In this document: piece by piece, positions 9,194-18,316 of the stretch | How positions within the stretch are numbered: position 1 is the first letter of the stretch | Layout: the number at the start of each line of letters is the position of its first letter | Source of the DNA: Planctomycetota bacterium | GTDB lineage: Bacteria > Planctomycetota > UBA1135 > UBA2386 | Reading direction: 5' to 3' | Assembly: GCA_041164325.1 (NCBI GenBank) | Contig: JBEAPQ010000009.1 | Location: forward strand, 1-46,699 | DNA: 46,699 nt | Notes under the pieces: model-generated | What the model was told of the DNA's origin: nothing | What the model saw: the letters and a program-made list of their open reading frames with translations, nothing else | Databases searched by the model: none | Program-made: the position numbers and the translations under genes

Positions 9194-10854
9194 CCGACCT
9201 CGATCCCCAACGAGATGCGACGGCGCACGACGAGAAGGCCGTCCATGCGTCGGTCCGCCTGATCGAGAGTCTGCGCCTCTCGGAGCGCCGGTTCGCCGAA
9301 CTGGTGCGCACGCTGCCGGTGCCCGTCTTCCGGTCGGATTCCGACGGAAAGTGGACGTTCCTCAACCCCGCCTGGTCGGAACTGACCGCGCGGCCGGGAC
9401 ACGCATCCCTGGGGCGCCCGGTCGCCGACAGTTTCGTCCACGAAGACCGTCCTCTCGTCGCCGAGCTGCTGGGGCGGCTGCGCCGACGTGAAGACCCGGT
9501 CGTGCAGGCTGAAGTCCGCATCCTCACGGACATCGGCGAACCCCGCTGGGTCACCCTCAAGGCCTTGATCGACGAGGAGTCCGGCGGCGCTCTGGGCACG
9601 CTGAGCGACATCGACACGCACAAGCAGATCGAAGACGCGCTGACGCGCGCTCGCTCTGCGGCCGACCAGGCGAACCAGCTGAAGAGCTCGTTCCTGTCGT
9701 CGATGAGCCACGAGCTGCGGACGCCGCTCTCCGCCATCCTCGGCTTCTCCCAGCTCCTGGCCGGTGACCCGCACGGTCTGGACGAGAAGGGGCAGCGGTG
9801 GATCCACTCGATCTACGACGCCGGCAAGCAGCTGCTCGGTCTGATCGACGAGATCCTCGACCTGTCGCGGATCGAGTCCGGACGAATGGAGTTCCGGACC
9901 GAGGCCTTCCACCTGGGGCCCCTCCTGCGCGAGGTCGTGAAGTCCCTCGAGCCGACGCTGGCCGAACGTGGTCTGACGATCGCAACCGACCTGCCGGACC
10001 GCGAGCTCATCCTGTTCTGCGATCCGACGCGCGTGAAACAGGTCCTGCTCAACATCCTGGGCAACTCGATCAAGTACGGGACCCACGGCTCGTGCATCAC
10101 CGTGCGCGCGCGCCCACGCCTGCGCGCGGCGCGATTCAGCATCCTGGATCCGGGCCCCGGTCGACCGACGGACAAGTCGGCGATCCTGGCGTCCGGAGCC
10201 CCGTCAGCGCACGAGCGCGCGCCGTCGAGCGGCAGCGGCATCGGACTGACGATCTCCAAGCAGGTCGTCGAGGCGATGGGTGGCGCCATCGGCTACGAAG
10301 CGCGGTCGGAAGGCACGAGCGAGTTCTGGGTCGAACTCCCGCTGCACGCTGCCGCACAGGAGATGCCCGCGCCCTCCCCGAAGATCGACCGGCCTGCCGC
10401 GCCAACGCCAGAACCCGCGCCGTTGGCTCCGGCCTCCCCTGCGGCCGGGACGGAGGGCGGTGCAGGCTGCACGATCCTCTACATCGAGGACAACCCGCAG
10501 AACATCGCGCTGATGGAGGCCGTGCTGAGCGTCCTCGCCAACGTCCAGCTGCTCTGCGCCGAGAACGGCCTGGAGGGTGTCGACCACGCTGCCGCCCAGC
10601 TGCCTGACCTGATCTTCCTCGACATCAACCTGCCCGACATGGACGGGTTCGAGGTCCTGCGACGGCTGCGCGCCGACGCCACGACGGCCTCGATCCCGAT
10701 CATCGCGTTCACCGCGCGGGCCATGGCCGGCGATGCCGAACGCGCGCTGCGCTCTGGCTTCGATGCGTACGTGACCAAGCCGTTCACACTGCGCCAGGTC
10801 TCGGACGTCCTCGCGCGCTACGGCCCGACGGAGCCGCGCACGACGTTCACGTGA
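9190..10854 (+). CDS. PAS-domain hybrid sensor histidine kinase (PAS-HisKA-HATPase-REC)
   Basis: The H-box is [16 protein letters not shown], the N-box is NILGNSIKYG, and the G-boxes are DPGPG and GSGIGL. The receiver shows ILYIEDNPQN...LIFLDINLPDMDG...YVTKPF. I took the GTG at 9190, which overlaps the upstream stop as GTGA. The ORF track offers 9148 as an alternative start. Confidence 0.85.
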   Translation: MTDLDPQRDATAHDEKAVHASVRLIESLRLSERRFAELVRTLPVPVFRSDSDGKWTFLNPAWSELTARPGHASLGRPVADSFVHEDRPLVAELLGRLRRREDPVVQAEVRILTDIGEPRWVTLKALIDEESGGALGTLSDIDTHKQIEDALTRARSAADQANQLKSSFLSSMSHELRTPLSAILGFSQLLAGDPHGLDEKGQRWIHSIYDAGKQLLGLIDEILDLSRIESGRMEFRTEAFHLGPLLREVVKSLEPTLAERGLTIATDLPDRELILFCDPTRVKQVLLNILGNSIKYGTHGSCITVRARPRLRAARFSILDPGPGRPTDKSAILASGAPSAHERAPSSGSGIGLTISKQVVEAMGGAIGYEARSEGTSEFWVELPLHAAAQEMPAPSPKIDRPAAPTPEPAPLAPASPAAGTEGGAGCTILYIEDNPQNIALMEAVLSVLANVQLLCAENGLEGVDHAAAQLPDLIFLDINLPDMDGFEVLRRLRADATTASIPIIAFTARAMAGDAERALRSGFDAYVTKPFTLRQVSDVLARYGPTEPRTTFT

Positions 10855-10860
10855 AGCAGC

Positions 10861-10876
10861 GGCCACAGCGGTGGCC
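10861..10876 (+). terminator. Candidate hairpin after the hybrid kinase (GGCCAC-AGCG-GTGGCC), between convergent genes
   Basis: A perfect 6-bp GC stem with a tetraloop begins 7 nt after the stop at 10852-10854. It is followed by CTTC, with no U-tract. Confidence 0.3.
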
Positions 10877-10946
10877 CTTCGACAGCTTCGCAGGTGACCC
10901 GCGGCTCGGACCGGGACGGTGCGCGACGACCTTGCGCCGCACACTG

Positions 10947-12653
10947 TCACCGCCGCAGCTCGACCACCGCGAGTCCGGTCAGACTCGCGCGGCCGGTGGA
11001 GGGCGGCTCGTAGACGATCGCCTGGAGATAGAGGCGATCGGGAAGGGTCGCTGCGGTCTCGGCGTCCACGTCGATCGCGTGCTGCCAGACGCCGTCGGCA
11101 CCGAATGCGCCGTCGATCGGGTCGATCGGCACGCGCTCGAACAGGAAAGGGGCGTCCTCGCGACCTTCCGGGCGGGCGGCGCGCGCACCCGCCAACCAGA
11201 ACGGTCCGTGCCGCGTCGGCTCGGGCTCGTCCAACGCGGAGGGGCCGAGCCACGCATGGATCCTCCACGCAGCAGGACCCTGCGCCCGGAAGACGGCGCG
11301 CAGCCCTCCGCCGGGCCTGGATTCGACTTCGACGTCGAGCGGCGGAGCTGCGATGGGCACTTCGAGCGGGTAGGTCCGCGCGCCGAAGGCTCCCACGAGA
11401 GTCAGCGGATACGAACCGGGCGGCAGTCCCACAGGGATCGTGAGTTCGAGGGTCTCGGCGTCGCGCGCGCGGTGACCGGGCAGCCAGAACGGGCCTGCGA
11501 ACACGCGCTCGACCACCCCCTCGGCCAACCCTGCACCGCGCAGCTGCAACTGCAGCGGCCCCACCTGCTGGATGTCATCCACGCGTGGGCCATCCCTTCG
11601 CTCTGCGTCGACGAGCCAGCCCTCGTTCTCGAAGACGTCCACCAGGGCCTCACCCAAGAGGCGATGGCCCAGGACCGACGGGTGGACCCAGTCGTAGAGG
11701 CAGGGCCAGGTGCTGGGGAACTCGGCGGGCGGCGCGGCCGCCGCGCGGTGGTCAGCGAACAGCGCTGGGCCGTCGACGACCGGGAGTCGGTGGCGGGCCG
11801 CGAGGTCGACGACCATCTTCCGGTACTCGAGCGCGACCGGGGTCCGGGCCTCGGTCTCCAAGTCGAGGGGAGGAACGACCACCACGACCCGACCGCCGTG
11901 GCTCGTGGCCATCCGCACGAGAGCCTCCATGTTGTCGACGAAGTCCGACGGCGGCACCCGCCGACCGTCGGGAGCCTCGCCGTTCCGGAACGCCGCCCAC
12001 AGGGCCTCACGCTCCGCCTCGGTCGGCGCGCTGCCGACGCCGCGCAGCAGCCGCAGGAGCCGCCACTGCGTCGCCCGCTCCCGGTCACTCTCGCCGAAAG
12101 CCGGCACGTAGTCGTTCCAACCTCCGCAGTAGAGCACCGTGACGTCGGGCTCCCTCGCAACGATGTGCTCCTCGTAGACCGCGCGATCCTGCCACGTCGA
12201 GTAGCCCGGCACGCCGGCGATCAGGGTCTCGACGCGGCGGTTGGGCAACCGTTCGCGGAGTCGCGCCTCCAGCACCATCGCGTACGACTCCTCGTAGCGG
12301 ACGTGGGCACCGAACGTGCAGGAGTCACCGACGCACGCGATCCGCAGCGTCTCGGGAGCCGGAGGACCCGCCTCCGGGAGCCAGCCCCGGAGCCCGGCTT
12401 CGTTGGCGTACGGGGGAGATGGCTGCAGCTTCCAGAACCGGCCCCGGTCCGGGGCGTAGCGATCGCCTTCGCTGAGGATCCCACCGAGGAAGCCGAACGT
12501 CGACGCCGTCGCCGGAAGGTCGACGACCCGCAGCGCGACCTCGGCCATCCCGGTCGCGGCGACGAGGCTGCACGCCGCCAGGACGAGCACGCGACGCAGG
12601 GACGACGGATTCGAGCCGGGGGTTGGCATGGGCGCGGCGCGAGGATCCATCAC
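10947..12653 (-). CDS. SGNH/GDSL hydrolase with a long C-terminal beta-sandwich-like extension
   Basis: The blocks are IACVGDSCTFG (Ser), GGWNDY and DWVHPS (Asp-x-x-His). There is an N-terminal hydrophobic anchor. The start is GTG at 12653 or ATG at 12650, overlapping the upstream stop. Confidence 0.75.
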   Translation of the reverse strand: MMDPRAAPMPTPGSNPSSLRRVLVLAACSLVAATGMAEVALRVVDLPATASTFGFLGGILSEGDRYAPDRGRFWKLQPSPPYANEAGLRGWLPEAGPPAPETLRIACVGDSCTFGAHVRYEESYAMVLEARLRERLPNRRVETLIAGVPGYSTWQDRAVYEEHIVAREPDVTVLYCGGWNDYVPAFGESDRERATQWRLLRLLRGVGSAPTEAEREALWAAFRNGEAPDGRRVPPSDFVDNMEALVRMATSHGGRVVVVVPPLDLETEARTPVALEYRKMVVDLAARHRLPVVDGPALFADHRAAAAPPAEFPSTWPCLYDWVHPSVLGHRLLGEALVDVFENEGWLVDAERRDGPRVDDIQQVGPLQLQLRGAGLAEGVVERVFAGPFWLPGHRARDAETLELTIPVGLPPGSYPLTLVGAFGARTYPLEVPIAAPPLDVEVESRPGGGLRAVFRAQGPAAWRIHAWLGPSALDEPEPTRHGPFWLAGARAARPEGREDAPFLFERVPIDPIDGAFGADGVWQHAIDVDAETAATLPDRLYLQAIVYEPPSTGRASLTGLAVVELRR

Positions 12654-13933
12654 CTGCGATCCAGCGGCAACACCGAAGCCGCGCGGAGCAGCCCCGTCGC
12701 CACCTCGCGGGCTTCGTCATCGAGATGGCGGTAGGCGAGACGCCCGGTCCGCCCGGACAGCACACGCTCGAGCCGCAGCACGACGATGTCCCGGACCGCC
12801 GGGTGCAGCGCCGCGAAGGCCTCGGACTCGAACACGTAGCTGACCGGCCAGCGGAACAGCCGCGTCTCGAGATCGAAGTCCCGCAGCGAGCGCCCCGCGG
12901 CGTCCCGCTTCCCGGCGGCCACGAATGCCGCGGCGAATTCCGATGTCCCACGAACGGGGGAAGGCAGGGGCGGCTCGTCGCGGAAGAGGAAGCAGCGGAG
13001 GATCCGGTCGGCGAGGTCCTGGAGCCGACGTCGGGTCGACTCGCCGACATACTCCGCTGCACGGCCCAGCGCGTCATTGGTGCCCCGCTGGCGATCCAAC
13101 AGGATGGCGGCCTCGTAGTTGGCCCAGGCGAGCAGGTTGTGGGCCCGCGTCTGGTGCTCGAGGACCATCAGCGCGACGACGTCACTGTGCGGGGTCGGGT
13201 AGCGCGCCGTCTCGAACCGCTCCGCGAGCGAAGCCAGGTTGGCCCCCCCATCGGGCACCGCGGGATCGAGCGCATCCGCAGGCCACGTCACGTTGCCGCG
13301 GTGACGCATCGAGCCGTGGTCACCGGTGACGTACCAGCCGCCCCATCGCTCTTCGTAGGCCGTGTCGTGGTGCACGACCTCGGCCCCGAGCCTCTGGATC
13401 GGCAGCCCTTCCGCGTCGACGAACAGGGATCGCACCAGGTGGCCGGGCCAGCCCTCGGTCCAGGCGAATGCGTGGCACCGCAGACACGCACCGTCGTCGC
13501 GGCGCACGATGGGGGCGTCTCCGCCCCGGTCCTCGACGGTGTAGAACACGGCTCCCTTCCGCGGGTCGACGGCCGAGACTTCGAGGATGTCCGAGCCCGG
13601 CACGTAGCCGACGTAGGCGTGATCCCCGAAGTAGATCGCGCGCGGGCTGCGAGGGCCGATCCGCTCGTTCTGGAAGCTGGTCTTCGAGAACACGAGGGTC
13701 TGCGAACTGACCGGCACGTCGAGCGCGTCGAGGAGCGCGGGCAGGAAGCCGTGCTCGGCGTGCCTCGCAGGACGCCGCTCACCGCGCGCCCACGCCTTCC
13801 CGAGCTCCTGCACGAGATCGGTGGCGTCATCCTCCTCGTAGGCGACGGGAGCTCCGAGGAACGCCTCGCGCTTCTGGGCGACGGCCGGAGCCGCGACGGC
13901 CAGGGTCAGGGCGAGGACTTGGACCAGCCGCAT
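12650..13933 (-). CDS. Secreted protein of unknown function with a single CxxCH (putative c-type haem site)
   Basis: ATG at 13933 gives the signal peptide MRLVQVLALTLAVAAPAVAQ. The motif C-L-R-C-H is encoded at 13472..13486. I also see the conserved-looking block VFSKTSFQNERIGPRSPRAIYFGD. Confidence 0.6.
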   Translation of the reverse strand: MRLVQVLALTLAVAAPAVAQKREAFLGAPVAYEEDDATDLVQELGKAWARGERRPARHAEHGFLPALLDALDVPVSSQTLVFSKTSFQNERIGPRSPRAIYFGDHAYVGYVPGSDILEVSAVDPRKGAVFYTVEDRGGDAPIVRRDDGACLRCHAFAWTEGWPGHLVRSLFVDAEGLPIQRLGAEVVHHDTAYEERWGGWYVTGDHGSMRHRGNVTWPADALDPAVPDGGANLASLAERFETARYPTPHSDVVALMVLEHQTRAHNLLAWANYEAAILLDRQRGTNDALGRAAEYVGESTRRRLQDLADRILRCFLFRDEPPLPSPVRGTSEFAAAFVAAGKRDAAGRSLRDFDLETRLFRWPVSYVFESEAFAALHPAVRDIVVLRLERVLSGRTGRLAYRHLDDEAREVATGLLRAASVLPLDRR

Positions 13934-13998
13934 CGGCGCCACTGTAACGGACCCCACGCAGATGGGCGCGTCACGTCTCACGGCGCTACGCTCCGCGC

Positions 13999-14409
13999 GT
14001 GCTCCCCCACTGTCCCCTGTGCCGGCAGGACGGAGGTCGCGTGCTGTGGCGCGGTCCGCTGTGCCGGGTCGTGCTCGCCGACGAGCCCGGCTATTCCGGC
14101 TTCTGCCGCGTGCTCGGCGAACGACACGTCCGGGAAATGACCGCTCTCTCGAGCGGCGAGCAGCGCACGCTGTGGCGGATCGTCGACGCGACCGAGCACG
14201 CTCTTCGGGAGACGCTCGGCCCCGACAAGGTCAACGTCTTGAGCCTCGGCAACATGGTCCCCCACGTGCACATCCACGTGGTCGCGCGGTTCGGCGACGA
14301 CCCCCACTTCCCGGGCCCGCCGTTCGGCGCGCCGCTGCGACCCGGGGTCAGGCGGCCGTGCGATCCCGACTCCATCGCCCGGGCACTGCGCGCCCGACTC
14401 GGTGACTGA
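13999..14409 (+). CDS. HIT family (histidine triad) nucleotide hydrolase/transferase
   Basis: The histidine triad is HVHIHVVARF, and there is an N-terminal CPLC. The start codon is GTG. Confidence 0.85.
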   Translation: MLPHCPLCRQDGGRVLWRGPLCRVVLADEPGYSGFCRVLGERHVREMTALSSGEQRTLWRIVDATEHALRETLGPDKVNVLSLGNMVPHVHIHVVARFGDDPHFPGPPFGAPLRPGVRRPCDPDSIARALRARLGD

Positions 14410-14412
14410 CCC

Positions 14413-15819
14413 TCACGCCGCCAACGCGGCGTCGAGGCTCGCCGCGAGACGTTCCCGGGTCTCGGCACGCACACCGGACGCGGCTTCGGCCACGACCGCG
14501 CCCAGGGCCTTCGCGAGCCCCGCGCGCAGGTCCTCGCCGAGGTCTGCGACGCGCGCCGAGGGCGGAGACAGCGACGCGCGGCACGCATGGCTCCGGTCGC
14601 GGACGGCACGTGCGTGCACCAGGGCACGGTCGAGGAGCACCCACGCGTAGCGCTGGTTGCGGACTGGACCCATCGTCAGGAACGTCCCGGTGCCGAGGAA
14701 CGGCAGGAGCCGGCCCTTCCAGTCTGCGGCACCACCCGTCCGGATCTTGGCGAGGCCCTGCCCACCGAACCACGCAGCCGCGGCGCCGAGGCCCGCGCCC
14801 AGCGCCGTGGCCGCCCCGAGCGACATGCCCCCCACCCCAAGATCCGCGAGCACGCCGACAGCTGCTCCGCTGACGGCACCGACCTGGAGCAGCTGCGCAC
14901 GCGACAGCCCGAACGCCTCCCACGTCGCCGCGGCGAACAGGTCGCCCGCCAACAGTTCCGCGTCGGGCTCTTCGCCGCGGAGCGGTGGATGCCCGTAGAT
15001 GCGTTCGACCTCTTCACGGGCGCGTCGCTCGAGCCCGCGGTGCGCGTCGCGGAACGCGACCTCGAGCGCAGCACGCACGCGTGACTCGTCGTCACCTTCG
15101 GCCAGCGGACGGCGCTCGACGTGGCACAGTGCCGCCACCATCAGGTCGGCGACGGCCGCTGCCGCAAGGCGATTGCGACGCACGGACTCGGCCTCCATGG
15201 CACCCACCGCCGCATCGATCGCAGGGCTCCACTCGGGGCGGATCTCACGGAAACCCCGGAGCAGCGCGACCCGATCCCCGAAGCGTGCGCGGTGCGCGTC
15301 GAAGTCACGGACGATGTGGAAGAACTGGCGCAGCGTGGGACGCCACTCTTCCGCATGGTCCCGGTCGCGGACGCGGTTCAGCAGTGCCATGGCCGGCTGC
15401 CCGGTCCATCGCAGGATCTCCATCTCCGCCTCGTTGGCCGGCTCGAGGTGACTCGAAGCATCGACGACGTAGAGAATCCCGGCGCCCTCGAGGATCGGAC
15501 GGAGCAGTTCGACCTCGTCGCGGAACGCGTCGGACGCTGCGTGCGCGTCGACGAATGCCCGGACCGCCGCCGGCCGCGCCGAGGCCGTCGTCGCCCGCTC
15601 GCGCAGCCAGCGCAGCACCTGCCGCGGTTGCTGGAAGCCCGGCGTGTCGACGAGCTGGAAGAGCGCCCGATCACCGCTGCGGAACACGTAGCTGCCGGCC
15701 CGGCGCGTCGTGCCCGGGTAGCTGTCGATCGGGATGCCGGTGTTCTCGGACAGGGCCGCGACCACCGAGGACTTGCCCTGGTTGACGTTGCCGACGACGA
15801 CGAAGGTGGGCACGTCCAT
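14413..15819 (-). CDS. P-loop GTPase with a DUF3482-like membrane-associated C-terminal half
   Basis: G1 is GNVNQGKSS (15769..15792), followed by PGTTRR and LVDTPGF. The C-terminal segment GVLADLGVGGMSLGAATALGAGLGAAAAWFGG looks like a glycine zipper. The ATG at 15819 shares one base with the upstream TGA. Confidence 0.8.
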   Translation of the reverse strand: MDVPTFVVVGNVNQGKSSVVAALSENTGIPIDSYPGTTRRAGSYVFRSGDRALFQLVDTPGFQQPRQVLRWLRERATTASARPAAVRAFVDAHAASDAFRDEVELLRPILEGAGILYVVDASSHLEPANEAEMEILRWTGQPAMALLNRVRDRDHAEEWRPTLRQFFHIVRDFDAHRARFGDRVALLRGFREIRPEWSPAIDAAVGAMEAESVRRNRLAAAAVADLMVAALCHVERRPLAEGDDESRVRAALEVAFRDAHRGLERRAREEVERIYGHPPLRGEEPDAELLAGDLFAAATWEAFGLSRAQLLQVGAVSGAAVGVLADLGVGGMSLGAATALGAGLGAAAAWFGGQGLAKIRTGGAADWKGRLLPFLGTGTFLTMGPVRNQRYAWVLLDRALVHARAVRDRSHACRASLSPPSARVADLGEDLRAGLAKALGAVVAEAASGVRAETRERLAASLDAALAA

Positions 15820-17342
15820 CAGCGCGGACCTCCCCCGGCGTCGACTTCGAGCGCATCCACCCACAGGTGGGGATCCCCGAGGCCCCCCAGCGCCCGATCC
15901 CACGCAAGACGTTCGTCGTCCCCGATCTGCCCCGCGCTCCCGTCGACGCGGATCTCGAGGAGTCCGACGACGATCGGCCTGCCGCCGCCGATCCGCTCCC
16001 GCGCACGGCGCACGAAGTCGAGGACGTCGGCCGTCGGCTGCTGACCGGCGGGCGCCACGACGACCACCCGTGTGGCGCCCGACAGACCGGCGAGAGCGCG
16101 GGTGTCGTCGTCCAGGTCCGCCCCGCCCGCGCGGAGCAGCGCCCGCACGTCGGCGGCGTAGCGCGCACGAAGCTGGTCGGCCACGCGATCCGCGGCACGC
16201 CCGAGACTGCCCCAGACCACGACCCATGTCGGCGCCCCGACAGCACGCGGCGACGCCGTAGGTGCACCCTCCCGGGCTGCCGGCGGAACTCCCACGACTT
16301 CGGTCGGCGCGGGCCCCGCCCAGCCGCTGCCCCGAGGGAGCATCGCATCGAACAGCCGCTGGAACCCGGCGTGATCGAGCGAGGCTGCGCTCTTCGCGCG
16401 GCTGGCACGGAAGCGGCCGATGCCCCACGCGGCGACCCGCGGGAGGAAGCCCCAGGTCACCGTTCCAGCGACGAGGAACCCCCACCAGCCCTGGGCGAGC
16501 TCGACGGCCCTGTCCTCGGACACGCCGCCCACGAAGGCCCCCGGCATCCGGGCCCACTGACTCGCTTCGACGACCTCCAGGCTCGGCACGGCCTCCGGCA
16601 GCCAGAGCCAGGGCGCGGCGACCGCGCGCACGATCATGTGCACCGTCGTCGGTTCCAGATCGAGCGTCGACGACCACGCGAAGACCAGGTCGGAGAACGC
16701 AATCCTGTGCAGCGTGACGACGAGGACGGCGACGTTGAATCCGATCCCGAATCGCTGCGCGAGCGCGAAGAGCTCGAAGCGCTCCACGTCGGCGTAGACC
16801 GACCGGCGCGTCTGGAGCCCACGCAGCACCGCGAGGACCTCCCGCACCTGGGGACCACCCCAACGATCGCCGCAGTGGGCGATCAGCCGGTGCACCGCGC
16901 CCGGCTCGGCACCCGCGCGCCCCGAGCGGAGCAGGAACGCGACGAGGAGCAGGAGCAGCACGATCTGTGCGCCGAACAGGAGCCCACCGAACTCCAGCAC
17001 GTTGACGGGGACCGTCCCGTCGTAGGCCAGCAGCAGCCGCGCCACTCCGGCACCGAACAGGGCGCCGGCCAGCACCAGTCCGAGGCCGAGCACCCGGAAC
17101 GTGAACGCCACCCGTCTGCCGGGCAGCGCGACGCCACCCTGGGCCCGCACGTCGCCGAGCCAGGACAGCGCAAGGTCTGCCCGACAGGAGCGCTCCCGAT
17201 CCGCCGCCGCGCGCAGCGCCGCAGGCTCGAGCCCCCGGCGCGCCGCCACCTGGCGACCCACGGCGAGGTCCCGGTCTTCCCTGCCCGGGTCCGGTCCTTC
17301 ACGGAGGAGCCACTCCAGGTCGACGAGATCGGCGAGTTTCAC
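15819..17342 (-). CDS. Polytopic membrane protein, DUF2868-like
   Basis: I took the GTG at 17342 (VKLADLVDLEWLL...). There are several hydrophobic helices and the block AFSDLVFAWSSTLDL. It sits immediately upstream of, and overlaps, the DUF3482-type GTPase gene. The first 59 codons of the ORF-track call are Arg/Cys-rich and unlikely to be real. Confidence 0.7.
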   Translation of the reverse strand: MKLADLVDLEWLLREGPDPGREDRDLAVGRQVAARRGLEPAALRAAADRERSCRADLALSWLGDVRAQGGVALPGRRVAFTFRVLGLGLVLAGALFGAGVARLLLAYDGTVPVNVLEFGGLLFGAQIVLLLLLVAFLLRSGRAGAEPGAVHRLIAHCGDRWGGPQVREVLAVLRGLQTRRSVYADVERFELFALAQRFGIGFNVAVLVVTLHRIAFSDLVFAWSSTLDLEPTTVHMIVRAVAAPWLWLPEAVPSLEVVEASQWARMPGAFVGGVSEDRAVELAQGWWGFLVAGTVTWGFLPRVAAWGIGRFRASRAKSAASLDHAGFQRLFDAMLPRGSGWAGPAPTEVVGVPPAAREGAPTASPRAVGAPTWVVVWGSLGRAADRVADQLRARYAADVRALLRAGGADLDDDTRALAGLSGATRVVVVAPAGQQPTADVLDFVRRARERIGGGRPIVVGLLEIRVDGSAGQIGDDERLAWDRALGGLGDPHLWVDALEVDAGGGPR

Positions 17343-17446
17343 GGCAGGGACGGAAGCGGAGGATGGTAGCCCCACAGCGGAGCCCACGCACACGGTTGGC
17401 CCACCGCAGGCGGGCTTCACGGTGCGCGCACGCCATACTCCTGCGC

Positions 17447-18307
17447 ATGACCGAAGAACTCCGCTGGGTCCAGATCCAGGGCGAGCAGGCCGACGGCATC
17501 GTCTGCGAGCAGGGCGCACACGTCACCGACTGGACACCTGCCGACGAGGGGCCGGTGCTCTTCCTCAGCGGGCAGAGCCACCTCGCTCCCGGCCTGCCGA
17601 TCCGCGGCGGCATTCCGGTGATCTTCCCCTGGTTCGGAGATGCGCCGCTCCCGCTCGGGGATGAGGGGCTGCCGGCCCACGGCTTCGCGCGTCGGAAGGA
17701 TTGGGAGGTCCTGTCCGTCGACGAGGGGCCGGAGGGCGTGCGGGTCACGCTCCGCCTGACCGACGACGAGGAGACCCGGGCGGCATGGCCCCACGCGTTC
17801 GAGCTCGTGCTCGAGGCAGCGTTCGGGCAGACGCTGGACGTCGCGTTGACGGTCCACAACCGGGACGACCGCCCGTTCCGCTGCGACACCGCGCTGCACA
17901 CCTACCTCGCCGTCGGCGACGTCCGCGAGATCACCATCCACGGGCTCGAGGGTGCCCGCTACTTCGACAAGGTCACGGGCGCGGAGACGGAGCAGGAAGA
18001 CGCACCCATCCGCGTCGAGGCGGAACTCGACCGCGTCTACCTCGGCAACGAGTCCCGGGTCGTGGTCGACGACCCGTCCTTCGGGCGCTCGATCACCGTC
18101 GACAAGTCCGGCTCCCGATCGACGATCGTCTGGAACCCGTGGGTCGACAAGGCCCGCCGACTCGACGATCTCGACGACGACGAGTGGCTCGGAATGGTCT
18201 GCGTGGAAACCGCCAACGTTCTCGGCGATGCCCTCGAGCTGGCTCCGGGCGCATCCCACACGATGACGCTCCGCCTGTCGGTCGGACCGGACCGCGGCTC
18301 GCAGTAG
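17447..18307 (+). CDS. D-hexose-6-phosphate mutarotase (aldose 1-epimerase family, YeaD-like)
   Basis: The blocks IRGGIPVIFPWFGD, GLPAHGFAR, ALHTYLAVGD, DRVYL and VCVETAN match the YeaD-type pattern. Confidence 0.8.
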   Translation: MTEELRWVQIQGEQADGIVCEQGAHVTDWTPADEGPVLFLSGQSHLAPGLPIRGGIPVIFPWFGDAPLPLGDEGLPAHGFARRKDWEVLSVDEGPEGVRVTLRLTDDEETRAAWPHAFELVLEAAFGQTLDVALTVHNRDDRPFRCDTALHTYLAVGDVREITIHGLEGARYFDKVTGAETEQEDAPIRVEAELDRVYLGNESRVVVDDPSFGRSITVDKSGSRSTIVWNPWVDKARRLDDLDDDEWLGMVCVETANVLGDALELAPGASHTMTLRLSVGPDRGSQ

Positions 18308-18316
18308 CCTGGGCGC

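Noticed and set aside
10851-12734. 627-aa plus-strand ORF opposite the SGNH hydrolase gene
   Set aside because: The minus strand carries the complete SGNH catalytic blocks. The plus-strand translation is featureless and Arg-rich.
15820-16863. Upstream extension of the GTPase ORF (the ORF track gives 816 aa, 14413..16863)
   Set aside because: The extension overlaps the DUF2868-like gene in another frame and is Arg/Gly/Ala junk. The GTPase P-loop begins 10 residues after the ATG at 15819, which also forms a TGATG junction with the upstream gene.
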